A stretch of DNA of 64,000 nt, taken from assembly GCA_036172245.1 (NCBI GenBank), contig JAYWIR010000044.1, forward strand, positions 1,178,001 through 1,242,000, given 5' to 3'. The translations under genes and the position numbers were made by a program. The notes under the pieces were generated by a model. That model ran no database searches. It was not told the origin of the DNA and saw nothing but the letters and a program-made list of their open reading frames with translations. Position 1 is the stretch's first letter. Each line of letters begins with the position of its first letter. This document shows, in pieces, positions 13,780 to 26,089 of the stretch. Source of the stretch: Raillietiella orientalis (taxonomy: Eukaryota).

Positions 13780-14870
13780 TGAAAGACACGGACTCCTGAG
13801 TTCCCTAACAGAAGGGTCACTCCGTCGTTCGAAGGAAGACGCCTGTATTAGCTGCCTTTGCCCTATCCCCAATACAGCGTTTCAGTGATCATTAAGCCAA
13901 CGGTGCACTGTTTACACGCTTTTTCGGTAGCCAAGCAGCACAGAATCAGTTCCCTTTTCTGAACGTTTGACTTTGGTGAGTTATTCGAAAAGTTTTCCCG
14001 TAAAATCCTGAGAGGTCAGCTCAGAATTTTATCGAGCGTTGAAGTCAGAGCATTGGATTCTTTCTCTCCTTTGCTTCGTCTGTTGCTTTCCCAAACAACA
14101 GGGTCAGGAATCCGACGGGCATCAGAAGGCTGAGATACCGTGTGAAAGAAGCGAACCCTGGGAAGCAATGAGCGTGACCTTTTCTGATGTCACAGAAAAG
14201 GCGATGCTTTCCCAGATCTGTGAGATCTTCTGCAAGGTCAGCCGCATTCCGTCTGCCGTCCATCGGGTGCGATCACGTGATGGCGCCACGGCTTCGAGCA
14301 CGGCAACGGAACAGAAAAAGGAATCTTTCGTCAGACGCGGGATCTCCTGAGGAGCAACTGCAACCACCCTAGCTCGTCTCAGATGAGGCTGCGCCACGAG
14401 ATAGGCCGCTTTCCTCCCTCATTATCTGCTGATGACGCGAAGCCCACGCTTGATACATAGTGACGCAGCAAGGCGGAAAAGGTGAGAGGAGGAACGAAAT
14501 AAGTTTCCAGATCAAAGGAGCAGCGGTCTGAACCAGGAAACGGGATCAAATATCGTCTATAGCTACTTTCCCTTGTCTCTTTTTCCAGGAGCGCGGATGC
14601 TTCCGCTGCAAATAAAACAGCTCACAGAGGAATCAGGGAGGTCAGACCGCGTTCCAATGATGGTCCGCAGGGGGGCACAAATCGAAAATGCAACTATTTT
14701 CGCATCTTCTCGTGGCAAGACCATTAGCAGAGCCTGAGTGCTCTTTCTGTTTAGTGAACTTTTGAAAATTGCTCCCCCCAATTGGAGATGGCACCTCTCT
14801 CAGACTCTTAAGCGGAATTTTCCCAGAAGAGGGTGGAAGAATGGAAGACGAGCAGCTGTGATGTGACGAG
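13780..14870 (+). mobile_element. L1/Tx1-like RT relic
   Basis: TFDFGELFEKF (~FGFGExFxxW), WILSLLCFVCC (~CPLSPLLFV), SVTFSDV...CEIFCKVSRI (~DDVT...FxxVSG), PEEGG. Confidence 0.45.
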
Positions 14871-15199
14871 CATTTTTCCTGCTCCCCGCTGGAGGAGGAT
14901 TCCGCTCCCGAAAAATTCCCGCGGGATTTCCAAGCCATCATCATTTCGGTGAAATTTAATGCGCGCAACATCTGCTGCTCTCCCCACACCGACTGCTAGT
15001 GCACGGGACTTTTGGGTCTCTCGGGATAGGGGATCCTCGGAAAGCCACAGGCGAAGTCGACGGTCCCTTCGAGGTTTTGCGCGCATATTCTTGATCCGGA
15101 GACCCCCGCGGTCCTCAGAGGGCACGCCATTCCTCGAATCGCGTTTCCCAGCTCACCGAACTCTCATTACCTCGGAAAAACGGGATACGATTCCCAGGA

Positions 15200-16900
15200 A
15201 CGGACGGCAAGACTCGTCTACGTTGCGTGAGCTGCTCCGAGCTGAACAGCTCTTCTCTGACGACAGGTCGCAGCTGCCAGAAGAGTGGCCACAGCTATTG
15301 GGGTATTCGGGGCAACAGTGCGATCCGATCCTCGAACTCTTCGTGAGATCCTCAAACGCGTGGATCACGGCGAAGAGGTAAGTCAGGTAGCAAAACTCAG
15401 TCAGTGCAGGGAACTCTGGGCAAAAGAGAATCTTGAAGGAAAAACAAATCACCTTCGTGGATTTGTTTTTCTTCCAAAGAACGGGTTTTTGGGGACAACC
15501 CCATTTTTGCAACCGAGGAGAGGAACCCCAAAGAGGAACAGCTCCTTGATGTTTTCGAAGGACTCCGGAGGGTCAATTTCTAATCCCAGCCAATCAACGG
15601 AAACTTCCACCGGTGTCTCATCCGAAGTCTACAAGTCAACTAGGGTCATTCAGCGAAGGGTACTCGAAACCCACGACGCACCCTTTTCACTGGCGTCGAT
15701 CCTTCCCCGGTTCGAACCCGCAACGCTTAGTACCGCAGACGCACGGGCGCCATCCTTGCGGAGTTGGATGTCGGAAGACAGTCGCAGTACAGGCAGTAAA
15801 TAGCATGGAACCGCAAAATTTCTTGCAAAAGAAAGAATTCAAGAATGATGGTAGCGGGAATAAATTGAGAAATTCCTGTCTGCCAAAAAAAAGCAGAGTT
15901 CCAGTGTGGGTACGTTTGGGGATAGCATGCAAGTGCCAAAGAAGCAGGCAAGAGAGAGAGAGAGAGAGCCAAGCGAGCAAACTGATGGGATGAACGAATG
16001 ACTGCCAGAAAACCTGGTCGTCTCAGCATCTCCATTCACCAAATCCATCTGTGTGACGCGAGAACATTAGGGGCGTACCGATGCCCATGAATACGATGCG
16101 GAAACTCATCTTTTTGGGGAGCCCGGTGCGAAGCTGTATTGCGTTGCTCCCTCCCTGAAAGACACTGCCACGGGTCTGTCCTCCCTGAGAGAGAAAAGCG
16201 ATCTCTTCCCAGCCTGTGGGTTGGGCAGTTTCGCGGTCCATGAGGGAGGAGCGAAGCTCCGCCGGCTGGCCAACGAAGCCACCTCTCGACTCTGGCACTG
16301 AAGGACGGTTCATTTAGGCGGTTCTCCTAGACACTCGACCGATGGCCCTAGTGATTCCATCCGTGTTTCAGAATGGTTCCGTATCTCCACATAGAGTGCT
16401 CAGGTCATCAAGGAAATGACGGCACTGTGCCAGAAGAAGTTCCATGCCCGAACTGTTCCTTAAGGTGCTGAAGACATCTCCAAGGAGCTTCTCCGGAACG
16501 TCCTCACGTACGGTGGATTTCAGTCCTCCACTCCAACCTCCCCGATCCCGCATTGCGTCCTGGAAAGTCCTGACCTCCACCAGCAAATGGAGGGAAAGAC
16601 GCTGTCCATCAACCTCGTTCTCCTGAAGCGATTGTTCTTGGTGGCTCACATGGAATGATGGATCCAGAAAACACCAGCATGTTGGAGTCTCCAGATCGAG
16701 GTCTCCAGACGACAGAACCGCGCAATGCAGACACTCGAACGAAGCAGGCTTGGCCCAGTGGCAAATATGTGCCCACGAACGGACGTGGTTCAAACAGTGG
16801 AAGCGTATCCGACTGACAAACCATCCTACAATGATAAAGCAGATATTTCTTCAACATAGAAAACCTCCGCCAGCAGCCAATGCTCAAGGGTGTGTTTCGT
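15200..16900 (-). mobile_element. L1/Tx1-like ORF2 relic (RT through zf-RVT)
   Basis: IGCWRRFSML (~NWRPISLL), CFLDP..FHVSH (~FLDxxKAFDxVSH), LLGDVFSTL...MELLL (~QGDPLSxLLF...MExLL), then KVICFSFKIL and EFEDRIALLP..LWPLF (zf-RVT-like). Confidence 0.55.
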
Positions 16901-17979
16901 CATCCCTACACGGATAAAGGTCGGTGTAAGGTTTCCTTCGAGGAGAGACACCGACAAACGGGAGGAGATGCGCAATCCGCATCCTATATCATGAGGCTGC
17001 AGGTGCTGACCTCCTTAGCTGTAGTTTGAGGCACAGTCGCTTGTCGTGCTCCCATCTATTTGTTTATAATTGTTTATCGGCTCCTCCCGTTGTCACTTCC
17101 GGTCTTCTACCCCAGACTATCTAAAAGTCGGTGGTTCAGCTTGCCTTGGACCTTTTCTCTGGGAACACGTTTCTTCATCTCACATGTGTCTGTTTAGAGG
17201 TAAAAGCCACGGAGTACCGGGCGCAGACTCTCCTTCATCAAAATGAGCCAGTCAGCCTCTCTGTTTGCCGAGCAGTCGAGCGAATCCCTAATGACCGACG
17301 CACGTGGGAATTGGGAGATGAAATAGCGTTTCCTGGAAACTGCGAAAGCGCTTTCACGCTCAGCAGTCGAGCATGCTAAAAAGCTGCCAAGCTGCCCTGC
17401 AGTGTGGTAAACGAGAACTCCACGCCCCTCTCTTGAAAGGCTGCAGTGGGCGGACAACGGCTCAGAGGCTGGCTATTGCCCTTGCAGGGAGCCCTTTTCC
17501 TGTCTTCTTTCCCTGCTCTCTCACGGCGGCGTCCGCTGCCTTTCAGAGTCGGTGCGCATCGTGTGAGATTGTGCGCCAAGGTCTGTACGACGTGCAGTGG
17601 CGAAAATCACCACCTCTCTTTCCTCCCACCACTACAGCTTAGCCACCTGGCAGTATCTGAATGCCCCTCCATAAAACATCTGACCTTTCGTTTCGACAGG
17701 TTTCCAGCATTTCGTTCGCTTGTAAGATGACCAAAATCACGACCAGTTCGATTCACGCTGACGTCAGACAGATCGGACCTTGTAAGTCTTCTCTGCCAAG
17801 TGCACGTTTCGATCTAAAAGATTTTTGTTGGGAAACGATGGACGCTCAGTGGATTCGCTTTCGCCCAGCTTTCGTTGCCACAGAATGTTCTCCACGACTT
17901 GTAAGGATGGCGTTGGACCAGGAGGAAGGTCGAAATCTCCTCAAACACGCCGAGTTTCTTTGGTCAGCGGTGAACATAC

Positions 17980-18350
17980 GTCATCCCGAAAAGGAAGCGC
18001 GTTCCATTTCTAAGGCGTCTCTGAAGACGCAAGGAGCAATCCGAAGAACAGATGCGGATGCGAGCTGGAGGCAGTTTTCCAAACACGCGACTGTGAGTAG
18101 TTTGCAAAACCAGGTGAGTGCTGCCACCCCGTGGCAAGAGCGCCCGAAGGCAAGAACGAGGGGACGCCTCTCGAATCGACCTGACATCTGATCGCAGCTA
18201 AACTCTGCTTGGTCACTGCGCAAAGGGTGGCGGCGGCGGAGTTTGCACGGGATTCAGTCTGCAAGCGAATGGACCAACGGAAACCACGTCTGCACGTGAT
18301 GCGCAAGCTAATGGCCGCCTTAACGCAACGGAAGATGTGAATCCACATCT
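17980..18350 (-). mobile_element. LINE RT relic (domains 1-3)
   Basis: AAISLRI...IRL (~RPISLL...RL), SDQAEF (~DQxGF), PGFANYSQSRVW (~LDFAKAFDSVxW). Confidence 0.4.
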
Positions 18351-18599
18351 TCTGCCGATGGTTTTAAATCTAAAACGCGACTCCTTCTTTTCCTGTCACA
18401 TAGAGAATCAATTGTACGGCAGACGAAATCTGATTGCACGAGTGGCGCTTCCCGGCTGAGACCCAAGGAAGTACCTAACAAATTCTAGAAAGAGAATGTG
18501 GCGTGGAAAAGGAAAAGAAAATACGGAGCAAAGTCCGTTGGTACGTTATTCCTCGCATGTCCCTCGTAGCCTTAAAGAACTTCTTTAGGAAATCTTCCG

Positions 18600-19950
18600 G
18601 ACGAATCTGCGTGATTCCATAACTGATCCCTGCTTTTGTCTTCGACGTAGTACTGGGAGCAGCGAAAACCGCGAAGCTCGGCTGACTACCAGAAAAGTCA
18701 TGATAAATCCCGGTGCTACCAGAGGCAACGACCTCCTACCAGCCCTGGGGAAACACCCTGCATCCGTAGCGGTCAACCCAACAAAACCTTCCCTTCCCTT
18801 TCGACACTCTGCTAGTGACCAAGAAGGGTTTAGCTGCAATCAGATGTCGGGAAGATTGGAGCGGCGCTCCTCGTTCTTGCCTTCGGACGCAAGCGTCGCC
18901 TCTGGCACAGTGGAAAGGGTTCAAGGTGTCCTGGATGGCAGCAACTCGCTTCCAGAATGTAGGCAGACAAATGTTGCATAAGATACGAGATATTCATGAC
19001 GATGTCCTCGAAAGAATGAGCGAGGGCTCAGGAATTCCGGGAAGGAAGAAGGAACGGGCTAGCACGACCTCAAGGCGCGGGCATCCGCTCTGCACAGTGG
19101 ACGGAGCAAAACGGCATGGTAACGCGCGTCTCCTATGAGTAGCATCTCGCTTTGCCTGATTGGGAGCATCGTAAAGCACGAGTGGAAGACGTGAATTCGT
19201 CTTCCCGAAGTTCTGCTAATCAGTCGTGCGGAATCCTCGCCTCTGCCTACTTCTCCGTTCCCTCTGATTGAAACGATCGCAGGAAATTTCATCAGTGGTG
19301 AAAACCACCCGATGGCAGCAGCGGCCAGGAGGCAACCCATCTTCCAGTTGGCAAGGATACGAGCTTTTCCCCCGTAAATTTAATTGGAAGCGGGACAAAA
19401 GCTTCCAGATCTTCTTTTCAAAACAAGAGATGTGCACCTGTACAATCCAAATTGCTCTTCCGAATATCATAAACGAATGACTCCCGTGTCGTCAACTGAC
19501 GATTCCTAGGAACAGCTTTCAGAGAGATCCGGAACTGTGTGCCAACTTCTTTTGTCTTCGATGCTCCCAACTGGTTTTGTGAAGTGGACGCCCTGGAGTG
19601 AGCGGGCGCTGAATTTCTATGGACACTGGTCACGCGGTCTTCGTGGCATATACGTGCAAAGTGAGTGCCTCGCCTCTGGTGGACGAGAGAAACGGGCCGA
19701 GGAGTCTGCTCCTCCGTCTTTAAAGTGCGCGTGAGCTCCTTCATGAGCAAACTTGACTGAAATTCACGCCTGTAAAACTAACGCGTTGATAACGGCATTA
19801 GCAAAGATGAAAGTCAAAGGTCTTAGGACCCGGCAAGTGAATCTCAGAGAGATCATAAGTTGCAGGTTGCGTCAGGTCGACTCGGATCAGGTCAGGCTAG
19901 GAAGCGATCCGGAAATGAGACCACCTGTTCAGTGCGGTGGAGAATGACTG
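18600..19950 (+). mobile_element. L1/Tx1-like RT relic
   Basis: GNDLL..HPASV, SDQEGF, KGFKVSW (~KAFDKVSW), RRGHPLC (~RQGxPLS), KFNWKRDKS, WSERALNFYGH (~WSxRxLSxxGR). Confidence 0.55.
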
Positions 19951-21389
19951 CTTCCGTTCCTGCAATAACTTCTGGAAACTCGAGAAGAAATGCGACGTCA
20001 CTGGTCCATGCGAAGCATGCAGTCTCGTTTGCCGGTGCAGGTGGCGGAAAAACCTTTACGAAGGTATGCAGCGCGCATCCAGGGAGTCCTGTTGTTTGGA
20101 AGAAAATCTATTTGGTTTTATCTATCATTTGGCCAGAGCTACCAGCTGAGGACCATTAAATCATTCGCAATGACTAAGGGAGGAAGCGCGGCGTTCTGGA
20201 GTGTCGCGGCGAAAGCAAAATTTTGAGCCGCAGCAAAGCTGGAGAACTCCTCTGTAACGAGCAGAGCGTCAATTTTTTGATTTATCGACACGCAAATGCG
20301 CGGAAATGTGGAAGAAGGAAGACCCTTTGAGCCACACGGGCATGCGCATTCAAGGGCTCCTGACCACGAACAAGACAGCTCTTCTAAAAGAAGACTTCCG
20401 TTCCATCCATCAGGAATTCGGGATTTCATTGAAACGGGCAGTTTGCATCCCCTGAAATCCCGTTCGCCATGGTGAATTGATCGCGGTTTCCATTAGTTCC
20501 GGTGACCAGTCATCAGACAGACGGAGGAGGTAGAAAAGGTCTGTGCGAAGAGCGTGCTCACGCCCTGATCATCCCTGGCTCAACTGGGATAGGACGAACG
20601 GGTCTCCCCACTTGAGCAACAGTTGCGGTTGTTACCAGAATGTTGTGCAGAATGATGACGATCGATACAGGCGCGCGGTGAAGGAAGCTCAAGCAGCCTG
20701 GAGAGTGGGGGAATGCTGGAAAAGGTTTTTCTTGAGTGCTTCTGTCTGCGAGCAAATGTCTGCTCCTCGCTGACGAAGCTGGGAGCAGATTGTGCAATAA
20801 AGAAAGCCTTGCAGACCACCGCAGCCTAGGAGACCTGCTGGAAAGGTGACCGGGACAAGAGCCGGACTGCCGCCGCGCCTGCTGGCAGTCCGTCGCCATG
20901 AGATCGGTGGCCGTTCAAAGCTTTACGTGATTGCCGGGGGGGGAGCACCCTGAACAGTGCCGGTGGCATTTCTTATTCCCTGACTGCCATCCTGGAGGCA
21001 TCACCACCGGATGAAGCGCTTGCGCGTTTGGCTCCAGAAATCTTCCTGACTGCAACTCTTTCTGAGAGGTCCCAGACTTTCATCTGAGAACGGATCTGAT
21101 GCGGGTGCACATCCAGGGTGCCCTCCACTTCCTATCAAGGAGGTGATGGTGACGCGGAGTTCAGCACATGCCGAGGAAGCGGCGACTTTTTCCCCTCCGC
21201 CCGGGGCAGTCCCGCCGTCCACATTTCTTCTTCCAGCGGCGAAAACACCATCTTCGCAGCCTCTAATATCTCCTTGAAAGCGGTTTCATGACGTTAGGAG
21301 CGGCGTCCTCAGGGAATAGGAGCTAAGCTGCTGATGCTGCGATTCGGAACTGAGTTGCAATCACGCGGAAATCGTTCCTCGTTTCTTAA

Positions 21390-21750
21390 AGTCAATAAGT
21401 ATTATCTCGTATTATGGCCCGTACTGTATGCATCCGTATCATCCACAGTAAATAGATATAACAGATGCCTGTATAACATGACTGTATTGCTGCAGACGGT
21501 GTGGTTTCTGTATCTTGTATTATTATTCGCAAGTAGTATCTATCATATCTGTCTAAATAATCGGATGATATTTGGGTAATACATAACATGATCAGTGATG
21601 CGCCATAAATTATGTAGAAACTGTAGATGATGCAACATATGCTATAAAATATAAATAACATGTGCTATACACAGAATACAACACTGCATACTATAATAGT
21701 ATACTGTAGGTGTAATATGCATAAATAATGGATGCAACAGAGGATAGTAC
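21390..21750. other. AT- and TpA-rich compositional island
   Basis: Abrupt switch to TA/AT-rich low-complexity sequence within a roughly 50% GC background. Confidence 0.6.
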
Positions 21751-21779
21751 TGTTCCCACTACGTCACGTGTTGCTTCCT

Positions 21780-22200
21780 ACGGGAAGAGACCACGGAAGC
21801 GGATGGCAGAGAAATTCCGAATGCTGCGTGCGACATATCGATTCGGGGCAGCAGACAGTGAAGAACGCTGTTCCCGAAGACGGGGGAATCCCGACTGACA
21901 CAAAGCACAAAGGAGCCAGGATGCAAATCCTTCCGGTACGATGCTCGTCTCCGAACCTGCGCTTCGGGAACGGACAGCCAGCAACCGCGCGCTCTTTTCT
22001 GACCAAGGGACCGTCCTCCCTCTGGATTCACTGGGGTGAGGAGGAGGATTGGGGTGCGCTGAGGTGACGGAGGAGATTCTCTCGGGAGGCATCGCCAGAC
22101 CGGGAACCGGGCGGCTTTCTTCCGTGCGCGGGAGTGTCTTTGCGCCCCGGGAAGTCATAGCCGGAGCGCCATCGAGCTGGCACGTTGCGGACGAGAGTCC
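21780..22200 (+). mobile_element. L1/Tx1-like post-RT relic
   Basis: NLRFGNGQPATARSFLTKGPSSLWIH (~LSxxGRxxxAxS...SxLWY) and VRGSVFAPREVIAG (~LxxPxxxGG). Confidence 0.3.
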
Positions 22201-25200
22201 GGGTGGACCCATCCGTTCAAGAAGCGAAGATCTTCGGTGGGCGACCGAAGAACCTTCTGCAGGTGCGCCGGGGCTGCGGTGCCATGTCGGCTCCACCGCC
22301 CTGGTTTGGAGCGCCGCTCAAACAACCGTTCGCTCTCCTTATGGGGTCTTACAAAGCTCACTGACGCTGCCCACGCCACCCGAGGGCGCGTCTCACTCTT
22401 CAAGCTGTCTCGGGAAGGAGCACCCCATGAATCCAGGAAGGCTCCTCAGGGAGAAGTCCGTTCTTCTCTCACTCTTGGTTGGGAACCCCCACCCTGATTG
22501 TCCCCGAAGGGAACCACCACGTCTCGCTCATTCTCTTCGGAGGTACTCTCGAAAAGGAAACCGCTCCCTGTTACTCCTCTAAAGAGAACCCTGAAGGGAT
22601 GCTTCCGAACTTCCCTGAGGGGCGCTCCTCAAAGGGAGCAGCGCACCTCTTACTCTCCGGGAAGGCAGCCGGCAAGAAGGGAGCATCGACTAGCTCCATA
22701 GCACTACGCGATGGTATGGCTCTATCTTCCCGACCGGAGGGAAACCTCGAAGGGGTCCTTGATGTCCTAGAAGCACCCCAGAGAGCCGACTTCCGATACC
22801 AGCCAGTCTACAGGGGCCACTGCCACGCGTCCGCTGGCGCTGGCTTGGCGACTCCTCTTCCAGCGACTCCCGGTCCCTCACGCAGTGGGAGGACCGGTTC
22901 GACCGGCCCGTGGGGCAGCTTGCGCTCGCGCCGGGACGGCAGGCTCCGCAGCGCCGGAATTTCCGACGGTCTTGTTTTCCAGGAGGGAAGCGGTCTAATG
23001 GACGCAGCGCTGGGAAAACAAAGAACCTTCCCAGTGGACTCCAGCGCCCCGTACCGTAATGGCCGCGGGAAAGTAAATTGCCCCCGCCCATCCGGTCTGC
23101 GGGCGGAGGAGGAACCGGAGACTCTTCAGCGGCTCTCCCCCGTGAGACCGCACGGTTTGCTGCCCGCGGCTAAGGGCCGCGAGCTGCCGGCAGTGCCGTC
23201 CGGTCCCGCCGTCCGCGGGCCCCTCAAGCGCAGTAGAGTGCGGAACCGGGGGCCGCGCTCCTGGAATCCGGGAATCTGAACCCGCGCGGAGCTCCGAGGT
23301 TCCTCCGAGGACTGATTGAAATTTATCGATTGCAATTGGGGATTCGTCCGCTTTCCCTTCCTCTGCTTCCCCTCCCGGCCCGGTCTCTTCCAGGAGGGCC
23401 ATGCGAATCGATGCGCAGGGGCAGGCCGCGAAGGACCCATGGGGAGCGAATGGCGATGTCCACCCCTTCCGCGCGCGAGCGACCCGACCGCATCTCCGGG
23501 CAAGGACGGAAGCCGCCGCCGCCAGCCGGCAGTGGTGGAGTGATGGTACTCACTGATCAGGCCTTTCCTCAGCTGGCTGCTCCGCATCTTATCTTCCGAG
23601 CATCCCGTCGGAGCGTGCGACCATCCTCATCTCACGGGGAAAAAAGGGGAGGGGAGAGAGAGGAGGGGACGGCCAGCTCACTGAGCACCCTTCGGGAGAG
23701 CGACTGGGGGGGGGGGGGGGCTCGAAAGGGTGGGAGAAGAGGGAGAGACGTCGATTCGTTTCGCACTGCCAAGCCCCGGGCTACCGACGCGCTTCCTTAG
23801 GTCGGCGGCTCCGGCGGGCAGCGACGGCTCGCCACGGTTACTTCCGGTGACTGGCAGAAACTCTTGCGGGGGGTTGGGTGTGTGTGTGTCCGCTGTCCGA
23901 GCGGCCCTCACGCGCGAAAGGGGTCACGCCGAGATCAGCGCGCACTCATTGGGGGAAAGCGGGGAGATGTATCCGCCTACTCCGCGCTGGAGGCCCGAAA
24001 CCCCCGCTTAAAAGGGGCGTTCGCCGAGGGGGACTGTCGCGGCGGAGTGGCGGGGGGAGGAGGAGGCGGAGGAGGAGGAAGGGAGGACCTCGGAAGAGCG
24101 CGCACGCGTGGTCGGTATCGCCCGCTCGCGCCGCAGGACGACGGGGCGGCCTCGGCTGGGCGCGAGGCCGAGTCGCCCTGCGCGCGCGCGTGCTCGGCGG
24201 GTTACGCTCTTGGGAGCGGGGCGAGGGGTGGTGCCCAGGAGCTAAAGAAAGCGGCCGCTGCTGCCTTTCCCAGTTCGGACTAGCTGCGGGGGCGGTTCCT
24301 TTATTGACGGTTTCCAACGAGAGGGGAGACCAAAAAAAAAAAAGGAAGACGGTTGCTCGCGCAGACCTTCGTCTGCGCTGGTCGCGCGCTCGCTCGAAGG
24401 TTCGGTGCTGTCTTCTGCTGCCCCGGAGCGCCGTTGTTCCGCCCACCGCATCGTCGCCCGCAGGGGACGATCGCTGGTCATTGCCGCAGGACCGGTGCTG
24501 TCCTGTGCCCCCGTCTGGGGATTCCGCCGCGCGCACGCGAGGAGGTGGCGCTTCCGGGCGGAGGAGCGATAAACCCAAGCAAAAGGAAGCGACGCGCCGT
24601 TCTGAAGGCGCGGCTGCTTTCTCCCCTTCCGTCCCCGCGTCGGGGGAATCCCAACGAGAGGGCGGAAAGGGGGATCTTTCGCGGATTCATGCGAGAGGCG
24701 TCGTCCGCGCCAGGTCTCTTCCTCCCTCAGCAGACCGAGAGCCCGCATTCCTTCGCCAGAGCATCCGTCTCCTGGATGACCTTCCGTCTTCACCCCCCGG
24801 GGCTGGAGATGTAGAAGGCTGAGGTCTTTCACCCGGCCCGGCCGGGGCGTTTATTTTATAGAAACGAACCAGTTGGGAGGACGCAGTTCCCGACCAAAGA
24901 CAAAAGAAGCTCAAGAGGAGAGCCCATCGACGTGCAGGTCGGGATATCCAAAAGGTCGGAACTAGGGGGGGGGGAGGGGAAGAGACAGCAACAAAAAAAA
25001 GGGGAAATCCTGTGGGTTGGAGTAGGGATCTTTGGGTTTGCTCCGTGCGTGCACAGAGATCAAAACCAGAAAAAAAAAAAACGAAAGCTGCAGAGCGGAA
25101 GCGAGTGGAGAATGAGAAAAAAAGCAGAAAGGAAAGCAAGAGACAAGGGGTCAGCAGTGTCGCCCTCGATCAGGCAACTGTCTGATCGAGGCATACTTCC

Positions 25201-25204
25201 TGAT

Positions 25205-25911
25205 CAGGCAACTGCCTGTTCATGTGACCACCCCGACGTGGTAGTTCAGCCAGGCGCACGATATGTGGCAGTCCATGGTGTCGCCGAGCATCGCGCGCAC
25301 CTCGATGCGGATGTCCTCGCGTTTTACGATGAAGTGCTTCAGCAGTTTTACCACGTCCTCACCATCGACGGCGCTGCAACGGAGCTTCTTTCGTCCACCT
25401 GACCAGTCTGGCTTTGGCGAGGTAATCTGCTCGCAAGGGAAGCGGAACATGAAGCCCAGGGGCGGCTTCCAGCTGAAGACGTTCTCGTCGGTCACGAAAT
25501 CGGCCAGGCACTCGGCGATGTGGTCGAAGATCTGCGGGTCGAACGGCGGCGGGTGGGGAGCCTTCAGGCCCTCCCCCGCCCTCCCCATCGGACCCCGTCC
25601 GCTCACCGCCGTCTCTACTGTGCCCAGCATGACCTTCGTGGGTATGGCGGAGACTTTCGAGGACATCCGGAACTTCCCCTCGCCGAGGATGATGAGCAGC
25701 ACCCGGAGGTTCGTTTTTCCCAGGCCGAGGGCGGGGAACTTGCCGGTCCGTTGGACAGTTGCCGCCCAAAGGTCGGGAAGCATTTGACTGATGACCTCTC
25801 GTGGTGCTCCTCGCTGGGGCCGTCACCAATCTCTTCGAGGACGGTGGCGGTCAGCCTCTCGAGCTCATGCTGGACGAGGGCCACCTCCACCTTTTGCCTC
25901 TTCTTCGCCAT
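25205..25911 (-). pseudogene. HK: Hexokinase pseudogene fragment (N-terminal small domain), intron-retaining and frameshifted
   Basis: Across frames: EEHHERSSVKCFPTFGRQLSNG, GKFPALGLGKTNLRVLLIILGEG (~LALDLGGTNFRV), IFDHIAECLADF, PLGFMFRFPCEQ (~LGFTFSFPC), LAKARLVRWTK, DGEDVVKLLK, AMLGDTMDCHISCAW (~LNDTTGxLMSCAW), VGVVT*TG. Catalytic motifs are degraded and the C-terminal domain is absent. Confidence 0.92.
25532..25606 (-). other. 75-nt GT-AG intron retained in the hexokinase fragment
   Basis: GTGAGC...CCCGCAG interrupts the conserved MLGTxx/xFDHIAECL segment. Removing it restores colinearity with hexokinase. Confidence 0.75.
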
Positions 25912-26089
25912 CTCACTGGGAGGGGTCGCTGCGGAGCTTCCGGTTATGACGCCGCCGCTGCATCCGTTGATCGCCTGGGAGGGAAGGTCGTGAGATCCCT
26001 GCTCGGGACGTTCGGACGAAAGGGGTTTTCCGCGGAACAACCGAACCTTCCAGGCGTGGGGGTCTCTCGCGCGCCGATCCCCCCGCACT

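Noticed and set aside
15700..15765. Second tRNA/SINE head on the minus strand
   Set aside because: A B-box-like GGTTCGAACC is present, but the A box and spacing are poor.
16368..16793. MATH/BTB-like ORF
   Set aside because: Better explained as LINE RT domains 3-4.
18140..18890. MITE with 78-bp TIRs
   Set aside because: Both arms lie inside longer RT relics that continue beyond them, and there is no TSD.
22479..24832. Long ORFs of 196-314 aa on both strands
   Set aside because: Arg/Gly/Pro/Ala-rich, overlapping in several frames, as expected from high GC. No domain recognised.
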